From: an uncultured Muribaculaceae bacterium | GTDB taxonomy: Bacteria; Bacteroidota; Bacteroidia; Bacteroidales; UBA932 | DNA: 64,000 nt | Reading direction: 5' to 3' | Assembly: GCA_964479995.1 (NCBI GenBank) | Contig: CAYZPF010000001.1 | Location: 10,948 to 74,947, forward strand | Shown here: in pieces, positions 18,236-28,587 of the stretch | Layout: every line of letters begins with the position of its first letter | How positions within the stretch are numbered: position 1 is the stretch's first letter | Notes under the pieces: generated by a model | The model's database searches: none | Seen by the model: only the letters and a program-made list of their open reading frames with translations | What the model was told of the DNA's origin: nothing | Translations under genes and position numbers: made by a program

Positions 18236-20521
18236 TTATATGTCTTTAATTATATCTTTATTAGGATTCGTTAAAAATTTTGGTTTAATGAGGAGAGAGA
18301 GTGCCGGTATAAGTAATAGTGCACTCATAAGGCATAAGAAAAGTGACAGGATAATAAGGAGCGCAAAGTTTCTAATCATTGGAAATGCCGAGGCAAACAG
18401 TACCGAAAACCCTGCCATAACCGAGAGTGCATTAATGGTTATACCTTTTCCTGTATTGGTAATAGCCAGTGTTAATGCCTGGGCAAGAGTATGCCCTTTT
18501 GTTGTCTCACTTTTTGTCCTCCAAAAGAGGTGAATGGTAAAATCAACCCCTAACCCTATTGAAACCGAAGAGATTAATGTTGTTACAATATCCAGCTCAA
18601 TCCCTAATACAGACATTACTCCAAGAGTTGTTATCACTGCAAAAAAGAGTGGCAGTGACCCTATAAGCCCTGCAAAATAATTCTTAAATATCAGGGCTAA
18701 TAGCAGGAATATGACCACAAAAGCAAAAAGAAGCGACGAATACTGTCCATATACTACAGAGCGGTTCATTTCATATTCAAGGAGGCTGAACCCTCCTATA
18801 GTGATATTTAATCCACTCTTCTCAACGTATTTAGTAACCTCTCCGATTAACCTCTTTGCCTCCTTCATACTATTAGCGCTGTATTGAACCCGCATTAAGG
18901 CATTTTCAAAATCAAAATCCACATAGTTCTCCAGCTCCTGAGGTGAAGCATTCATCATAAAAAGTTCTAAATACTGAGCAGACATCTCCCTTGTTTGCGG
19001 GAGTTTGCCATATAGTGAATCCTCTGGGTTTAAAAGGGCTTTGCCAATCTCTTTAAGAATATCTGTAATTGAGACAGCCGCTCCCACCCCGTGTATTGAT
19101 TCCAGATTACTTTGGAGAAACTCAACTTTTTCCAGTAAACAGGGATCAACAATCTCACCATTTATTGCAAGATTAATATATTTACTGCCTCCAAAACTGT
19201 TATCCAAAATAGCCGTTCCCTGTGAAAACGGATGCTTTTTAGGCAAGATAGTGCCTGAATCCGGTACAACCTTAATAAATGGTATCGTTACCAGCGAAAG
19301 TAACACAACGGATATAAAAATTACCAATATCCTTTTGGGTCTTGAGATTACACTTGATGCAGCACTCCTGAGAAACTTGTCAATTATATTGAACCTATGA
19401 CTCCTCCTGCTTTTTTTGATCTTTGCCGGATTAAACCAGGAGATACTTGCGGGAATATAGAGCAGGCTCAAAACCAAAGCAAAAGCAATGGATAGGGATA
19501 CGATCAACCCCATCTGCCTTATAGGGCCAAGTATGTGCATCATCAACCCCATCACTCCTGCAATTGTTGTAAGTCCACACATAGTGACCGGTTTACTCAG
19601 GAAGTTATACAATTCCGAAGCAACCTCACCGCTTGGCCTTATCCTGTCTCCGTTAAGTTGGACCTCTCTGTAACGGGAGACAAAATAGATCCCGTAATTA
19701 TTAGCTATAGCAATCATCATTACAGGAACAAGCACCCCAATAATACTTAACTCCCATCCAAAAAGAGGGATAAGCCCCATCGCAAAAACCGTACTGAATA
19801 TAACAACCGAAAAGGGCAAAAACATCGAACGCAGCTCTCCCAGTAAAATCGTGAGAAGAGCGAGCATAGCCAGCAAGGCTAAAGGTAAAAGCAAAGCCAA
19901 ATCTGCGCTAATCTTCTTGTTCGCCTCCTCTCTTAACAGAGGCAATCCCGTATAGATTATTTTTCCGTCAATAGGGTTTTGTGCCAGAATACTCTCCAAT
20001 TCACTGACAAGCGACGAGTCCGGGACATTGGTGTCATATCCGGCGATAATCAGTGTTTTATCAAATTTTTCCGAGATTATACTTTTGTACACAAGCCCAT
20101 TAGATTTAATGTCATCTTTAAGGATCTCTTTCTCTTCATCAGATAGATCATAATCCTCAATTAATGGCCGTGTTATCAAAAAGTCATCTTCATTTTCAAA
20201 ATTAACAACAGTCGTTACAGATACTACATCTCCAAACTTTTCGGAATTGGCCAGTCCATCGCTTATATTGTCAATGGCCGAAAGGAGCGATTCATTAAAA
20301 ATATCATCTGCCTCTACAATTATAGCCACCTTCTCGCTTCTGTTAAACAAACTCCTTACTTTATCATTATTCTGCCTGGAAACCATATTCTCAGAAAAGT
20401 ATGACTCCAGGTTAGAATTGATCTTAATCTGAGTCAAAGGAATTATTATAAGCAGAACCACCAAAAGTGTGGTAAAAACAATTGCCCATCTGTATTTAAC
20501 AATTTTCTCTCCAATATTCAT
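18236..20521 (-). CDS. MMPL/RND-superfamily transporter
   Basis: Two repeats of TM, periplasmic loop and 5 TM; IAIANNYGIY and SIGLGVDFTIH. Confidence 0.9.
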   Translation of the reverse strand: MNIGEKIVKYRWAIVFTTLLVVLLIIIPLTQIKINSNLESYFSENMVSRQNNDKVRSLFNRSEKVAIIVEADDIFNESLLSAIDNISDGLANSEKFGDVVSVTTVVNFENEDDFLITRPLIEDYDLSDEEKEILKDDIKSNGLVYKSIISEKFDKTLIIAGYDTNVPDSSLVSELESILAQNPIDGKIIYTGLPLLREEANKKISADLALLLPLALLAMLALLTILLGELRSMFLPFSVVIFSTVFAMGLIPLFGWELSIIGVLVPVMMIAIANNYGIYFVSRYREVQLNGDRIRPSGEVASELYNFLSKPVTMCGLTTIAGVMGLMMHILGPIRQMGLIVSLSIAFALVLSLLYIPASISWFNPAKIKKSRRSHRFNIIDKFLRSAASSVISRPKRILVIFISVVLLSLVTIPFIKVVPDSGTILPKKHPFSQGTAILDNSFGGSKYINLAINGEIVDPCLLEKVEFLQSNLESIHGVGAAVSITDILKEIGKALLNPEDSLYGKLPQTREMSAQYLELFMMNASPQELENYVDFDFENALMRVQYSANSMKEAKRLIGEVTKYVEKSGLNITIGGFSLLEYEMNRSVVYGQYSSLLFAFVVIFLLLALIFKNYFAGLIGSLPLFFAVITTLGVMSVLGIELDIVTTLISSVSIGLGVDFTIHLFWRTKSETTKGHTLAQALTLAITNTGKGITINALSVMAGFSVLFASAFPMIRNFALLIILSLFLCLMSALLLIPALSLLIKPKFLTNPNKDIIKDI

Positions 20522-20541
20522 CAGCTTAATTATTTGAAGAT

Positions 20542-21864
20542 TTAAAATGATATTTTTATTTGTGCAAAAACTGCATTAATTATCCCTTTTGTGTAATAGT
20601 ACGGCGTCTTCTCTTTCCCCGACAGATAATTAAATCCAAGGGTTGCAGATAGGTTATCGGTCGCTCTCCACTCAAATGCTCCTCTTAAAAGCCACTCTTC
20701 TGATGTTATATTATATAACGAAGTGAGATCAAACTTCAGAATATCATTGGCAAATGAACGCGATAGTGTAATTCCGGCTGCATGGTTGTACTCCTCTTGT
20801 TGGCGAAAAATTCTCCTGTTAAGCATAGCAAATTCATATTTGGCCATTTCCGAACCATACTGCAACATTGCCATAGGGTCTGTTGGATCTGTGATTTGCG
20901 GAACAGCAAGATCTTTAAACTCCAATGTCTTTTTAAGTGAGTATTCGGCCAGGATTGTAGTATTCAAAATTGAGGTCTCTAAGCCCACAGCTACCTCAAC
21001 GGACGGATATGGTATATGTATCTCCTGCTCGTAATCTTCAGTAATATTCCATGCACCCTCACCTCTAAGTATAACCTGACCGAGTCCTATTTCTGCATTT
21101 GCTCCCACTGTGTTCTTTAGATAAGGAGCTGCACTATTTTCGATTGAGACAGAGTTTGCACCGGTTGGAGTGAAGGAGAGCATTTTAAAACCGTAATCGG
21201 GATCATATCCTCTAAAGTAAGTGAGAGAGAGATCTACATTTCTAAACGAAAAATCGAGATTTGCAGCTATTGAACCATTTTTAAGCGTTTTTGAGGGAAG
21301 CGCAGGGGATTGAAAAGCTATACCATCTCCAAGATTATAGAGATCAAAACGGTATTCAGATTCTTTATAAACAGGAATTAACAAAACTCCTGCCTTAACT
21401 CCCTTCCCCAATATTGTCTCAAACTTCACCATAAAGTTTGATAACCGTTGGTCGTCCGGATCACAAGTAAGAAAAAACGGATTAATTGGAGTTATCCCCC
21501 CCATTGGAGCAAATAACTCTGTTTTACTTCGGTTGATTATTTGGTTACCTACCAAAAAAGTAACTTTCTCTCCCTCATAGCCCGCATAGGCCTCCTTTAT
21601 CTCGGGGACAATATATCTCTCCCCAAAGTTCAATCCTGCCCTAAGCCTGACGTCAGCAAAAAGCACAGCGTTATCCTTCCTGTAACTCCCCTTCACACTC
21701 GCCTCTGTAAAGAGGGATGCAAATGGATAATCCTTACCCCCGCCATAAAATGAACCTCTCACCCAGCCACCTATTTCTTTCTCCTGTGACATAAGTTGAG
21801 AACTAAAGGTTGCAAACAAGAATAGAGCAACCATCTTTACCATTAAAATATCAAATCTTCTCAT
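20542..21864 (-). CDS. Outer-membrane beta-barrel protein (DUF1302-like)
   Basis: Signal peptide, EIKEAYAGY...VGNQII motif, amphipathic strands, C-terminal QIKISF. Confidence 0.7.
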   Translation of the reverse strand: MRRFDILMVKMVALFLFATFSSQLMSQEKEIGGWVRGSFYGGGKDYPFASLFTEASVKGSYRKDNAVLFADVRLRAGLNFGERYIVPEIKEAYAGYEGEKVTFLVGNQIINRSKTELFAPMGGITPINPFFLTCDPDDQRLSNFMVKFETILGKGVKAGVLLIPVYKESEYRFDLYNLGDGIAFQSPALPSKTLKNGSIAANLDFSFRNVDLSLTYFRGYDPDYGFKMLSFTPTGANSVSIENSAAPYLKNTVGANAEIGLGQVILRGEGAWNITEDYEQEIHIPYPSVEVAVGLETSILNTTILAEYSLKKTLEFKDLAVPQITDPTDPMAMLQYGSEMAKYEFAMLNRRIFRQQEEYNHAAGITLSRSFANDILKFDLTSLYNITSEEWLLRGAFEWRATDNLSATLGFNYLSGKEKTPYYYTKGIINAVFAQIKISF

Positions 21865-21958
21865 TGCTTATAATTTACCTGAATTTAACATCTAAAATCC
21901 CGGCCAATTATAGGCAGATTTGAGAGGCAAATAATCTTATTTTAAAAAGTCAAACCAA

Positions 21959-23071
21959 TTAAGATGTCCGACTTTTAAAATTCAGAGCATTTTTACGATA
22001 TTGCGTGGGAGTTAAACCCGTCTCCGATTTAAAAAAACTGTAAAACGAGCTCTTGCTGCTGAATCCACACTCATATCCCAGTGCATCTATAGAGTATGGC
22101 AAGCTTTCGGCAGAGAGCATCTTTTTCACAGCCTCCACCCGATGGCGGTTGACCCATTGAAAGAAATTTTGTCCCAGCTCCCGGTTAAGCACCTCTGTCA
22201 ACTGGTACTTTGGTATTTTGAGGGCAGAGGAGAGTGAATCCATTGAAAGAGCAGGATCAAGATATGGTCTCTTTTTTTCGAAATAGTCAACAATCTTCTC
22301 CTTTATGGCCTTTCTCTGCTCATCATTCAGGACCGAGCCTTTGTAAGGCCTATTAGCTACAGTTACTGCCTGTGGATTGAATAATTTTGTCAACTCTCTT
22401 TGTCTCAATCCGTAAAAACTTATGATATAGAGGAGTAAAAGTAGAATTGCTGTATTTATCGCCTCGGTAATATTTAAAAATGATCCGGAGAAAATCTCTG
22501 TTAATCCAGCAATTGGTATTGTAAAACAAAAGATTACATAGAATATTGTAATAAATAAAAGCCAGGTCAGGTTTTCGTTCTTTTCTATATTGGATATCTC
22601 ACCTTTAAGTGCCATTCTATATCGGTGCACAATTATGATACTCAATGGTATATATACTATCCAGGAGAGTAGATTGACGGTAGCAAAGAGCATTCTGTAG
22701 AGATAATCCGGGCCTTGCGCAAAGAACTCTATCGGATTAAATGGAGTGTATTTTACAAAGGCCAAAGCCTCAAAAAGTACGAACGGCAGCAGATGCAGCA
22801 ACAAGATAGGTTTCAGTTTGAATTTGTCGTTTGTAAGCGTCCTGACGTAAATATAAATAGAGGGGTTGAAAAGCAGAAACGAAGCTGTAAGAAGGGTGCC
22901 GCTAAAGATTCGGATGTAGGTGGCAGTGCTCAGGAATAGAACAGCCATCAAGAACAGAAAGATAGTCAAGACCCTGTCTGATATCGAAATTTTCTCTTTC
23001 GTAATAATTAGAATTGCCGCAAAAAGACTTTGCGCCAGCCCAATCCACGAAGCACACTCAAGCATATCCAT
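21959..23071 (-). CDS. Membrane-anchored AraC-family regulator
   Basis: About 7 N-terminal TM helices; PYLDPALSM, FFQWVNRHRVE, CGFSSKSSFYSFFKSETGLTPTQY. Confidence 0.92.
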   Translation of the reverse strand: MDMLECASWIGLAQSLFAAILIITKEKISISDRVLTIFLFLMAVLFLSTATYIRIFSGTLLTASFLLFNPSIYIYVRTLTNDKFKLKPILLLHLLPFVLFEALAFVKYTPFNPIEFFAQGPDYLYRMLFATVNLLSWIVYIPLSIIIVHRYRMALKGEISNIEKNENLTWLLFITIFYVIFCFTIPIAGLTEIFSGSFLNITEAINTAILLLLLYIISFYGLRQRELTKLFNPQAVTVANRPYKGSVLNDEQRKAIKEKIVDYFEKKRPYLDPALSMDSLSSALKIPKYQLTEVLNRELGQNFFQWVNRHRVEAVKKMLSAESLPYSIDALGYECGFSSKSSFYSFFKSETGLTPTQYRKNALNFKSRTS

Positions 23072-23088
23072 AATATCTGCATTTGTTA

Positions 23089-23138
23089 CAAATATAGTAA
23101 TAAAAAACCGTCGGATTATTTTTAAATGGCTACCTTTG
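23089..23138. promoter_or_regulatory. Divergent Bacteroidota -7 promoter boxes
   Basis: TATATTTG on - (23089-23096); TACCTTTG on + (23131-23138). Confidence 0.65.
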
Positions 23139-23170
23139 TTAGTTCATTAAATAAAAAGGATAGTGTAATT

Positions 23171-24343
23171 ATGAAGAGTGTTAAAAGTTTATTGTTCATA
23201 TTGCTGTTGCTAATATCAGTAAGGGGTTTAACCCAGGATTTTGACAGATATATGGTTAAAAAGCAGTTGGATTGCCCGGACATCTCTCTTAATAGCGCAG
23301 CGCTCTTCGAGAAATATTATACAGAAAATAAGATCGATTCTGCAAAAACTCTTTTAACCTACTGGCAAAACAGATGCGGCCTGAGAGAACCTGTTCAGAG
23401 GGCAAAGTTGTTACTGGCTCTGCAAGAGAACAGTTTTCAAGATTCGATTCTGGCAGAGAATGTTCTTTTTCATCTTTTCAACTTCAAAAATAGGACAGAC
23501 CTTATAAGAGGTGAAGCGTATCACACTTATGATGACAATAGAGCCTATTTTGGGTATATTCCCTTAGGCAGGGAGTTCGATCTGTTCACAAAAAAATCTT
23601 TTAATAAACTGAAAGAGAAATTTGAAAGTAATAGCATAGAGTATCTGTTATGTGAATTTTACGGTGATAATTGTGATACGATCTTTTCAAAAATTCAAAC
23701 CGGTGCATATCCAAACTCAATCCTCACCAAAGAATATTACAAGGAGGTGAATAAATTTATCAATTTGCCGGAGCTCCATATGTCATTCATTACTGGAATC
23801 TGGATACCAACCGGAAAAGCTGCCAAGTTAGGCCTACATCCCGAGTTGGGCTATCAAATGGGAATTAAACGGAAAAAGATGAATTACGATATAATAATGA
23901 GCTTTAAATTTGGTAAAGCAGCTAACAGTTACATAGCTTTTAGAAAGGAGAGCGGTGAATATGAAGAGACTAACCACTTTTTTGGAGGACATATCGGTCT
24001 CGATATTGGTCGCGATATCTACTCCAATCGTAACCGTGAGTTGCAGCTTGTCGGAGGTATCGCTTTTGACGGATTTGACGCATTAAAAGGTGATGTTGAT
24101 AAAAATATCAAATCGGTATCTGTCTCTTCTTACAACTTCAATATTGGTGTGGCTTACAGATATTATATAACAAGTAGCCTTTATCTCGGACTAAGAGCCA
24201 AATACAACATAGTTGATTATACCAAAAGCGGCGTGATAGATTTCACCGGAAACCCAATTACAATACAATTCTCAATTGGTGGAGTCAATAACCTACTCAA
24301 GCACGATAACTTAAAAATACTAAAGTATAAGTTAAGAAGATAG
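23171..24343 (+). CDS. Secreted hypothetical protein, helical N-terminus and probable small C-terminal beta-barrel
   Basis: Signal peptide from ATG 23171 (downstream of the -7 box); strands such as YNFNIGVAYRYY and LYLGLRAKYN. Confidence 0.7.
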   Translation: MKSVKSLLFILLLLISVRGLTQDFDRYMVKKQLDCPDISLNSAALFEKYYTENKIDSAKTLLTYWQNRCGLREPVQRAKLLLALQENSFQDSILAENVLFHLFNFKNRTDLIRGEAYHTYDDNRAYFGYIPLGREFDLFTKKSFNKLKEKFESNSIEYLLCEFYGDNCDTIFSKIQTGAYPNSILTKEYYKEVNKFINLPELHMSFITGIWIPTGKAAKLGLHPELGYQMGIKRKKMNYDIIMSFKFGKAANSYIAFRKESGEYEETNHFFGGHIGLDIGRDIYSNRNRELQLVGGIAFDGFDALKGDVDKNIKSVSVSSYNFNIGVAYRYYITSSLYLGLRAKYNIVDYTKSGVIDFTGNPITIQFSIGGVNNLLKHDNLKILKYKLRR

Positions 24344-24346
24344 AAA

Positions 24347-24913
24347 TTAAACAGTCATTATCTCCTTCTCTTTTTGTGCGATAATTTCGTCCACTCTTTT
24401 GTTATAATTGTCTGTCTCTTTTTGAGCTGAAGCCTCTCCGTCTTTAACTACATCTTCCGGAAGACCCTCTTTCTGATATTTTTTAAGGAGTTCAACAGCC
24501 TCCCGTCTGGCATTCCTTATACTAATTTTTGCTGTCTCACCGTCATTCTTAGCCCTTTTAACCAACTCTTTACGTCTTTCTTCGGTAAGAGGAGGGACAT
24601 TAATCCTAATCTGTTCTCCGTTGTTTTGAGGAGTGAATCCAATGTTGGCAGCCATAATGGCCTTCTCAATCAGGGGGATCATCTTCTTTTCCCAAGGCTG
24701 TATAAGCATAGTTTTAGCATCGGGGGTAGTTATACTAGCCACTTGCGGAATGGGAGTCAGAGTACCGTAGTAGTCAATCATTATACTATTAAAAATTGCA
24801 GGATTGGCCTTGCCGGCTCTGTAGCTTTTTAACTCTTCATCCAAAAACTGAATGGCCTTCTCCATCTTTTCACCTGCCGCTTTTACTATCTCTTTTTGTG
24901 TATTTATATCCAT
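24347..24913 (-). CDS. frr: Ribosome recycling factor
   Basis: YRAGKANP, IQPWEK, VPPLTEERRKELVK, IRNARR. Confidence 0.98.
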   Translation of the reverse strand: MDINTQKEIVKAAGEKMEKAIQFLDEELKSYRAGKANPAIFNSIMIDYYGTLTPIPQVASITTPDAKTMLIQPWEKKMIPLIEKAIMAANIGFTPQNNGEQIRINVPPLTEERRKELVKRAKNDGETAKISIRNARREAVELLKKYQKEGLPEDVVKDGEASAQKETDNYNKRVDEIIAQKEKEIMTV

Positions 24914-24952
24914 AATTCACATTTTTAATATTCAATATTCTTAATTCTCAGT

Positions 24953-25666
24953 TTAAAAAGAGTCTGCTATAACCGTCCCTATCTCTTCTCCATTAACCAC
25001 CTTGAGTAAATTACCGGCGAGATTCATACTAAAAACTATTATTGGGATCCTATTCTCTTTACACAATGTAAATGCAGATAAATCCATAATTTTAAGATTA
25101 TCGGCAAGAGCTTTGTCGTAAGTGAGAGTTTTATATTTAACAGCATTTTTATCTTTTTCAGGGTCGGCACTATACACACCATCTACTCTTGTTCCTTTTA
25201 ACAAAACGGATACTCCAAGTTCGGCGGCTCTAAGCGCAGATGCCGAATCGGTCGTAAAAAAGGGATTTCCCGTGCCGCCGGCAATTATTGCTACCCCACC
25301 CCTGTTCAACAATTCTAAAGCCTTATCTCTCATATAATATTCTGCATAAGGCTTCATAGGAGTAGATGTAAACACCTCTGCTTCAATTCCTACATCTTTT
25401 AAAAACAACGAAAGAGCAATACTATTTATTACAGTAGCAAGCATACCCATTTGATCACCCCGTACTCTGTCAAAGCCTTTATTAGTACCAGAAAGTCCCC
25501 GGAAAATATTGCCTCCCCCAATAACAATAGCCACACCTACCCCGGCTGACACAACATCGGCTATCTCTTTCGAATACCTTTCGAGGGTTGTTTCATCAAT
25601 TCCGCTCCCCTTATCACCTCCCAGGCTCTCTCCACTAAGCTTGAGAAGTACTTTTTTATATTTCAT
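24953..25666 (-). CDS. pyrH: UMP kinase
   Basis: LLKLSGE, GGGNIFRG, GTGNPFFTTDSA; upstream of frr. Confidence 0.98.
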   Translation of the reverse strand: MKYKKVLLKLSGESLGGDKGSGIDETTLERYSKEIADVVSAGVGVAIVIGGGNIFRGLSGTNKGFDRVRGDQMGMLATVINSIALSLFLKDVGIEAEVFTSTPMKPYAEYYMRDKALELLNRGGVAIIAGGTGNPFFTTDSASALRAAELGVSVLLKGTRVDGVYSADPEKDKNAVKYKTLTYDKALADNLKIMDLSAFTLCKENRIPIIVFSMNLAGNLLKVVNGEEIGTVIADSF

Positions 25667-25685
25667 TATTAATGAGATTAGTGAA

Positions 25686-25733
25686 CAAAATTAGCTAAAG
25701 ATTATGAAAATACCAAGTAAGAGACTATATTTG
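25686..25733. promoter_or_regulatory. Divergent -7 boxes for pyrH and sdhC
   Basis: TAATTTTG on - (25686-25693); TATATTTG on + (25726-25733). Confidence 0.65.
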
Positions 25734-25777
25734 CGAAGCTTTATAAGGGCGTAATTTTATTATAAATTGTTAAGAAA

Positions 25778-26428
25778 ATGGCAAATATCTTCACCTCGTC
25801 CATAGGCAAAAAACTCATCATGAGTATCACCGGACTCTTCCTGATTCTGTTTCTACTTATACACTTGGTCGCCAACTCGGCCTACCTTCTTGGAGAAGAG
25901 GCATTTGATGCAGTTATTGAATTTATGGGCTCACCGGTTATTTTGGTAATGGTACCTGTTCTGGCAGCAGGATTCATCATTCACATCCTGTACGCTTCGT
26001 TACTTACCCTTTATAACCTTAAAGCGAGAGGTTCACAAAGGTATGCCGTATCAAACAAGGGAGCAACCGACTCATGGGCATCAAAGAATATGTATGTTCT
26101 TGGTATTATCATTGCCGGAGTTCTTATTTTTCATTTAACACACTTTTGGGCAAAGATGCAGCTCGCAGAGTTCACCGGAGGAGATGCTCAAAACGGTAAT
26201 GAACTCATGCATCTGACTTTTGGCAATACCTGGATTGTCATCTGTTACCTTATATGGTTTGCAGCGTTATGGTTCCACCTGACTCATGGTTTCTGGAGTG
26301 CATTCCATTCAATTGGGGCAAACAACCAGAAATGGATTAACAGGCTCCGCGTTATATCTTACATTTATGCAACTCTGATATTCGCAGGTTTTGCTACAAT
26401 TGCCATAACTGCTTGGATAAGAGCCTGA
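25778..26428 (+). CDS. sdhC: Succinate dehydrogenase/fumarate reductase cytochrome b subunit
   Basis: SSIGKKLIMSITGLFL, His ligands, WASKNM, FHLTHGFWSAF; 5 TM. Confidence 0.93.
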   Translation: MANIFTSSIGKKLIMSITGLFLILFLLIHLVANSAYLLGEEAFDAVIEFMGSPVILVMVPVLAAGFIIHILYASLLTLYNLKARGSQRYAVSNKGATDSWASKNMYVLGIIIAGVLIFHLTHFWAKMQLAEFTGGDAQNGNELMHLTFGNTWIVICYLIWFAALWFHLTHGFWSAFHSIGANNQKWINRLRVISYIYATLIFAGFATIAITAWIRA

Positions 26429-26431
26429 TTT

Positions 26432-27586
26432 TCAAATAAACAGATCGCGTATTATACCGTCTGAAAAGAAGAACTTTTTAGGCGGAATTTTTATATATCC
26501 CCTCTTTTCCACAAGATTCCCCAGTTTAAGATGCCTGGAGAGAGCTTTAAAAAATTCATCCGGGACTCCAAAGGACGATATATCATTCAACATCTGTACT
26601 TCTATACCCTTTGTCTGCCTTAGAGAGAGCATGATATACTCATTAAATTTATTGACTGGCGTTAACAACTCCTCTCTCTTACATCTGCTCTCTTTTGCAA
26701 CCTCTGTAAGGTACCTGGCTAAGGAGCTGCAATTCCAATAACGCCTTACACCATCAAAAGAGTGAGCAGAGGGACCAAAACCATAATAAGGGGTAAAGTT
26801 CCAGTAATTACTGTTATGTTTTGAAATTGCACCATCCATGGCAAAACTTGAAATTTCATACTGTATATATCCTGCCCCTTTCAGGACTCTCTGCAACAAC
26901 AGGTACTGCTCCAATGATTCAGAGTCGGCCGGATGATTATACTTACCTTTTTCAATAAGTTTATGAAGAGTTGTACCCGGCTCTACGCTTAACTGATAAG
27001 CTGATATATGCTCCGGGTTAAGATCAATTGCTTTTTTCAGTGCCTCCAGCCAAATCTTTCTTGTAAGGGCTTCAAATCCAAATATAAGATCTATACTTAT
27101 ATTTTTAAATCCTGCCTCCCTTGCATTTTTAAAAGCCAAAACAGCTTGCTCCGCATTATGACGGCGGTTCATAAAATCAAGATGCTCATTGTTAAACGAT
27201 TGAACTCCTATACTAAGTCTATTGAAGCCTTTACCTAATATTTGCTGTGCAAACTGCAAAGTCATATCATCGGGATTCACTTCAATAGTAATTTCGGGTT
27301 CAATTTTTCCGGTTCTCTTTACTGGAAAGTCTTCAATGTATAACCTGTAAATTGTATCAAGTATCTCTCCAAGAGCGTCAGATGAGAGTTGAGACGGAGT
27401 ACCGCCTCCAAAGTAAATAGTTTCAATTGATTCTCCTCGTTTAATAATATCAGGAGCCCGACGTTCCAGCTCTATCTTGAGAGCATCTATAAACAGCCCT
27501 TTTTTCTCTCTGTTCTTAACAGAATAGAAGTCACAATAGGTGCAGAATTGCGAACAGAATGGAATATGGATATATATCCCGGCCAA
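26432..27586 (-). CDS. hemW: Radical SAM heme chaperone HemW
   Basis: YIHIPFCSQFCTYCDF, FGGGTPS, HNSNYW. Confidence 0.93.
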   Translation of the reverse strand: MAGIYIHIPFCSQFCTYCDFYSVKNREKKGLFIDALKIELERRAPDIIKRGESIETIYFGGGTPSQLSSDALGEILDTIYRLYIEDFPVKRTGKIEPEITIEVNPDDMTLQFAQQILGKGFNRLSIGVQSFNNEHLDFMNRRHNAEQAVLAFKNAREAGFKNISIDLIFGFEALTRKIWLEALKKAIDLNPEHISAYQLSVEPGTTLHKLIEKGKYNHPADSESLEQYLLLQRVLKGAGYIQYEISSFAMDGAISKHNSNYWNFTPYYGFGPSAHSFDGVRRYWNCSSLARYLTEVAKESRCKREELLTPVNKFNEYIMLSLRQTKGIEVQMLNDISSFGVPDEFFKALSRHLKLGNLVEKRGYIKIPPKKFFFSDGIIRDLFI

Positions 27587-27590
27587 GATT

Positions 27591-28460
27591 CTATCTTAAA
27601 AGCAGATCGGTACTTCCCAGCTTTGACTCTTCTGTATAGATGTCAACATTATAAACACCCTTTGTGAACTTGCCGCTATCATTGGCGTAGAAAACACATA
27701 CTTCCAACTCACTTCCCTGGTAATCAACCTCCCTTACTGCAGAGTATAACATCTGTTCTCCATCCACACTAAAGATATTTTTTTGTGAGCTTGTCATTAA
27801 AAATCCATCCGGACCTGTTATCCTAATGTAAATTTTTCGAAGCCCCTTTACGGCAATAGAGTTTTCAATAAGATTCAGACAGGTTTTAAGCTTAACTACC
27901 CTGCTGCTTCTGTCGGTATCCTTATCAGATGAGTTAATAGCAGTGAGCACAAAACCTCTTCCCTTTAAAACAGAGCCCACTTCAACCTTTTTAGCATACT
28001 CGTCGGTTGTTGTTTTTAACTCTTCGTAACGCTGCCTGGTCTTTTTAACTTCATCACGTGCCAACGCCGCATCTTTTCTTAAAGAGATATTGAGTGTATT
28101 AAGAGAGTCAATCTGAACTATATAGCTTCTCATAATACTTCTTAAGGTACCCAGCTCTTTCTCGTAATCCCTTATTTTTGCTCTGTTGGTTGCTTCTGTT
28201 TTTTGGACCCGCTCAATAAGCTGCTCTACTTTCTCTCTCTCCCTTGAAAGTTCAGCATTCAAACTATCATTATTAGTGGTAAGGTTTTGATAATCTTCTT
28301 TTAACTGATACATTGCAGTAGTTAATTCATCTTTCTCTGTATTGAGCTCATCAATTATACCACCTCTGTCAATCCATATCCAAGTCAGTACAATTGCCAG
28401 CACCACCGCAACAGCAGCAAGTGCAATTACTAATCCCTTTAAATTTTTCTCGTTTCTCAT
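27591..28460 (-). CDS. Membrane-anchored coiled-coil protein with a beta-rich C-terminal domain
   Basis: N-terminal TM, long heptad region, YIVQIDSLN motif. Confidence 0.8.
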   Translation of the reverse strand: MRNEKNLKGLVIALAAVAVVLAIVLTWIWIDRGGIIDELNTEKDELTTAMYQLKEDYQNLTTNNDSLNAELSREREKVEQLIERVQKTEATNRAKIRDYEKELGTLRSIMRSYIVQIDSLNTLNISLRKDAALARDEVKKTRQRYEELKTTTDEYAKKVEVGSVLKGRGFVLTAINSSDKDTDRSSRVVKLKTCLNLIENSIAVKGLRKIYIRITGPDGFLMTSSQKNIFSVDGEQMLYSAVREVDYQGSELEVCVFYANDSGKFTKGVYNVDIYTEESKLGSTDLLLR

Positions 28461-28587
28461 CTTATAAAAGTATTTGTACCATACATCTTTTACAAAAGTA
28501 GAAATTTTATCCTATATAGAATAGATTATTTTCTTAGCTTTGTTATCCCGATCCCGTTAATTTACTTATCAATTGAAGTATCAGAAT

